The position numbers were made by a program, and so were the translations under genes. From Alloascoidea hylecoeti (Eukaryota), in the NCBI GenBank assembly GCA_001600815.1, contig BCKZ01000023.1, positions 186,001 to 250,000 on the forward strand: 64,000 nt of DNA. The letters run 5' to 3'. Shown here one piece after another: positions 62,436-64,000 of the stretch. Positions within the stretch are counted from its first letter, which is position 1, and every line of letters begins with the position of its first letter. The notes beneath the pieces are model-generated. The model saw only the letters and a program-made list of their open reading frames with translations, was not told the origin of the DNA and did no database searches.

Positions 62436-64000
62436 ATGTCACACAGACCGACACATTCTGATCCTATTATTCAAGATATTAAACAAAAAATAAAACGAGA
62501 AAAAACAATAGTTGATGCGTCAAGACAAGCTCGACAAAGTTATTTGGCCAACCCGACTTTGTTACAGAAATGTGATTCGAATATCAGAGAAGCTAATACA
62601 AATATAGATTATTTGGAACAAACATTATCCAAAATCCAAGTATCTGAAGAATCTGATAAAAAAATCCCTGGAAATGATCAAGATAATAACTTGGCTTTGG
62701 ATAAAACAGGAATGGAGAAGGTTTCATCAGGTATGTAGTTATTGTTTTAGAATCATTTCTATTTTGTCCTTTGATCTTGAAGATTAATATTAACTTTTTT
62801 TAAAAAAATTTTAACCTCCCAACTTTAGATAAAACAGATCTTTCAAACTATTTAGCACTAGGTATGTTATATTTATTTCAAATTGCCCTATTTTTTTTTA
62901 TAAATAATGTTATATGTCTATAAATATGACTAACGTGTATGCACCCAAGACCTAATTAAATATGATTGTCCTTCAAACATCCTTGGTCGGAGGATTCAAT
63001 TATTACTCCAACAGTTACAATTCAAGTTAACATTAGAACAACAATATAAAGCAGCAAATGAAAAATTATTTCGATTGTATAGAGTTGATGGTAATCGACG
63101 GAATAGTTTAACAGCACAAACTGGTGTTGTTGAAAGCAATCAAAAGATTCACCTTTTGAAAAGAGCTCTTAAAAGATATCGGGATATGTATATTAATGTT
63201 GATGAGCTAGATACCAATTACAATGGATCTTTTGCAGCAGATTATGATAATTGGAGGCGGAAACCACTATCTGGAACCCTTGTAATACAAATCCAAGCAA
63301 TTGGAGAGATCGAGCATGTCATTCCATCCCATTCGTTTGGATCTGGCCATACAAAGGCAATACCAAAGGTCAGAAATCGTAGTCAAAAACCCGAATCATT
63401 GGTATCTATCAAAATCGATAGTCAGGAAAGATCTAAAACAAAAATCAGCCGACATGAAAGGTGGAATGAGGTTTTTTCAATACCAATTGATAAAGGTAGT
63501 GAAGTTGAATTAACAGTATATGATAGAGTTGATAATCAATTGGTCCCAGTCGCAATTACATGGATATTATTATCCGATGTTGTGGAACAGGTACGGAGAG
63601 AAAAAAATAAAAAAGAGGTGAATAGTTCTGAATGGGTTAGTGCCGATATAATGAAGAGTAATGAAAGTGACGGGGTGGGCTCAAATGAACCAAAGACACC
63701 TATTAATAGTAGGGTTACAGAGTCAACCAATGATCTGAAGAAAAACCCCAGGTCTAATTTGCACATGGATCAAGCATATAATGGAGTTTGGTTTATATTA
63801 GAGCCCATTGGAACTATCCAACTATCCCTAAGTTTTACTAAAAAAAGCTATCCAAATAATACCAAAATGCCACTTATTAATGGAGGACTTAATCGACAAG
63901 GAGCTATTCGAATGAAAAAAGAAGAACTGGTTGAACAGCATGGTCATCGATTTGCTCAAAAGCAATTTTACAATATAATGCGATGTGCCCTATGTGGTGA
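62436..64000 (+). CDS. PKC1: Protein kinase C, 5' part; exons 62436-62730, 62829-62861, 62950 to window end
   Basis: HR1 (IKQKIKREK..SNIREANTNIDYLEQ), LDLIKYDCPS..RIQLLLQQLQFKL, C2-like region, pseudosubstrate GLNRQGAIR, C1 HGHRFAQKQFYNIMRCALCG. Confidence 0.92.

Overview
AT-rich, intron-rich budding-yeast-like (probably Saccharomycotina) nuclear DNA. CTG reads as Leu at conserved positions in HNT1 and VCX1. About 18 ordinary genes are present: peroxisomal 4CL-like acyl-CoA ligase, THG1, RQC2, YMR196W-like glycosidase, HAP2, CSE1, BNA6, DOC1/APC10, MSH4, a sirtuin-like gene, a CYP450, VCX1, PCL1-like cyclin, CDC48, HNT1, RTG3-like bHLH and the 5' part of PKC1. Many exon structures were rebuilt by hand. 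The centre (about 28-40 kb) is an accessory island. Two convergent tRNA-Glu(TTC) genes bracket decayed Tc1, Ty3/gypsy and Ty1/copia remnants, a duplicated enoyl-CoA hydratase pseudogene, and one intact intronless gene. That gene encodes a PD-(D/E)xK restriction-endonuclease-like domain fused to a protein kinase, an architecture seen in Spok meiotic drivers and Crinkler effectors, and it lies between diverged ~500-bp direct repeats. Other oddities are a sirtuin lacking the catalytic His, a PIF/Harbinger-like transposase relic, a MITE-like inverted repeat, sharp GC-rich islands at some gene 5' ends, and a 7.7-kb gene-free AT-rich tract. All family assignments come from motif recognition by eye; no searches were run.
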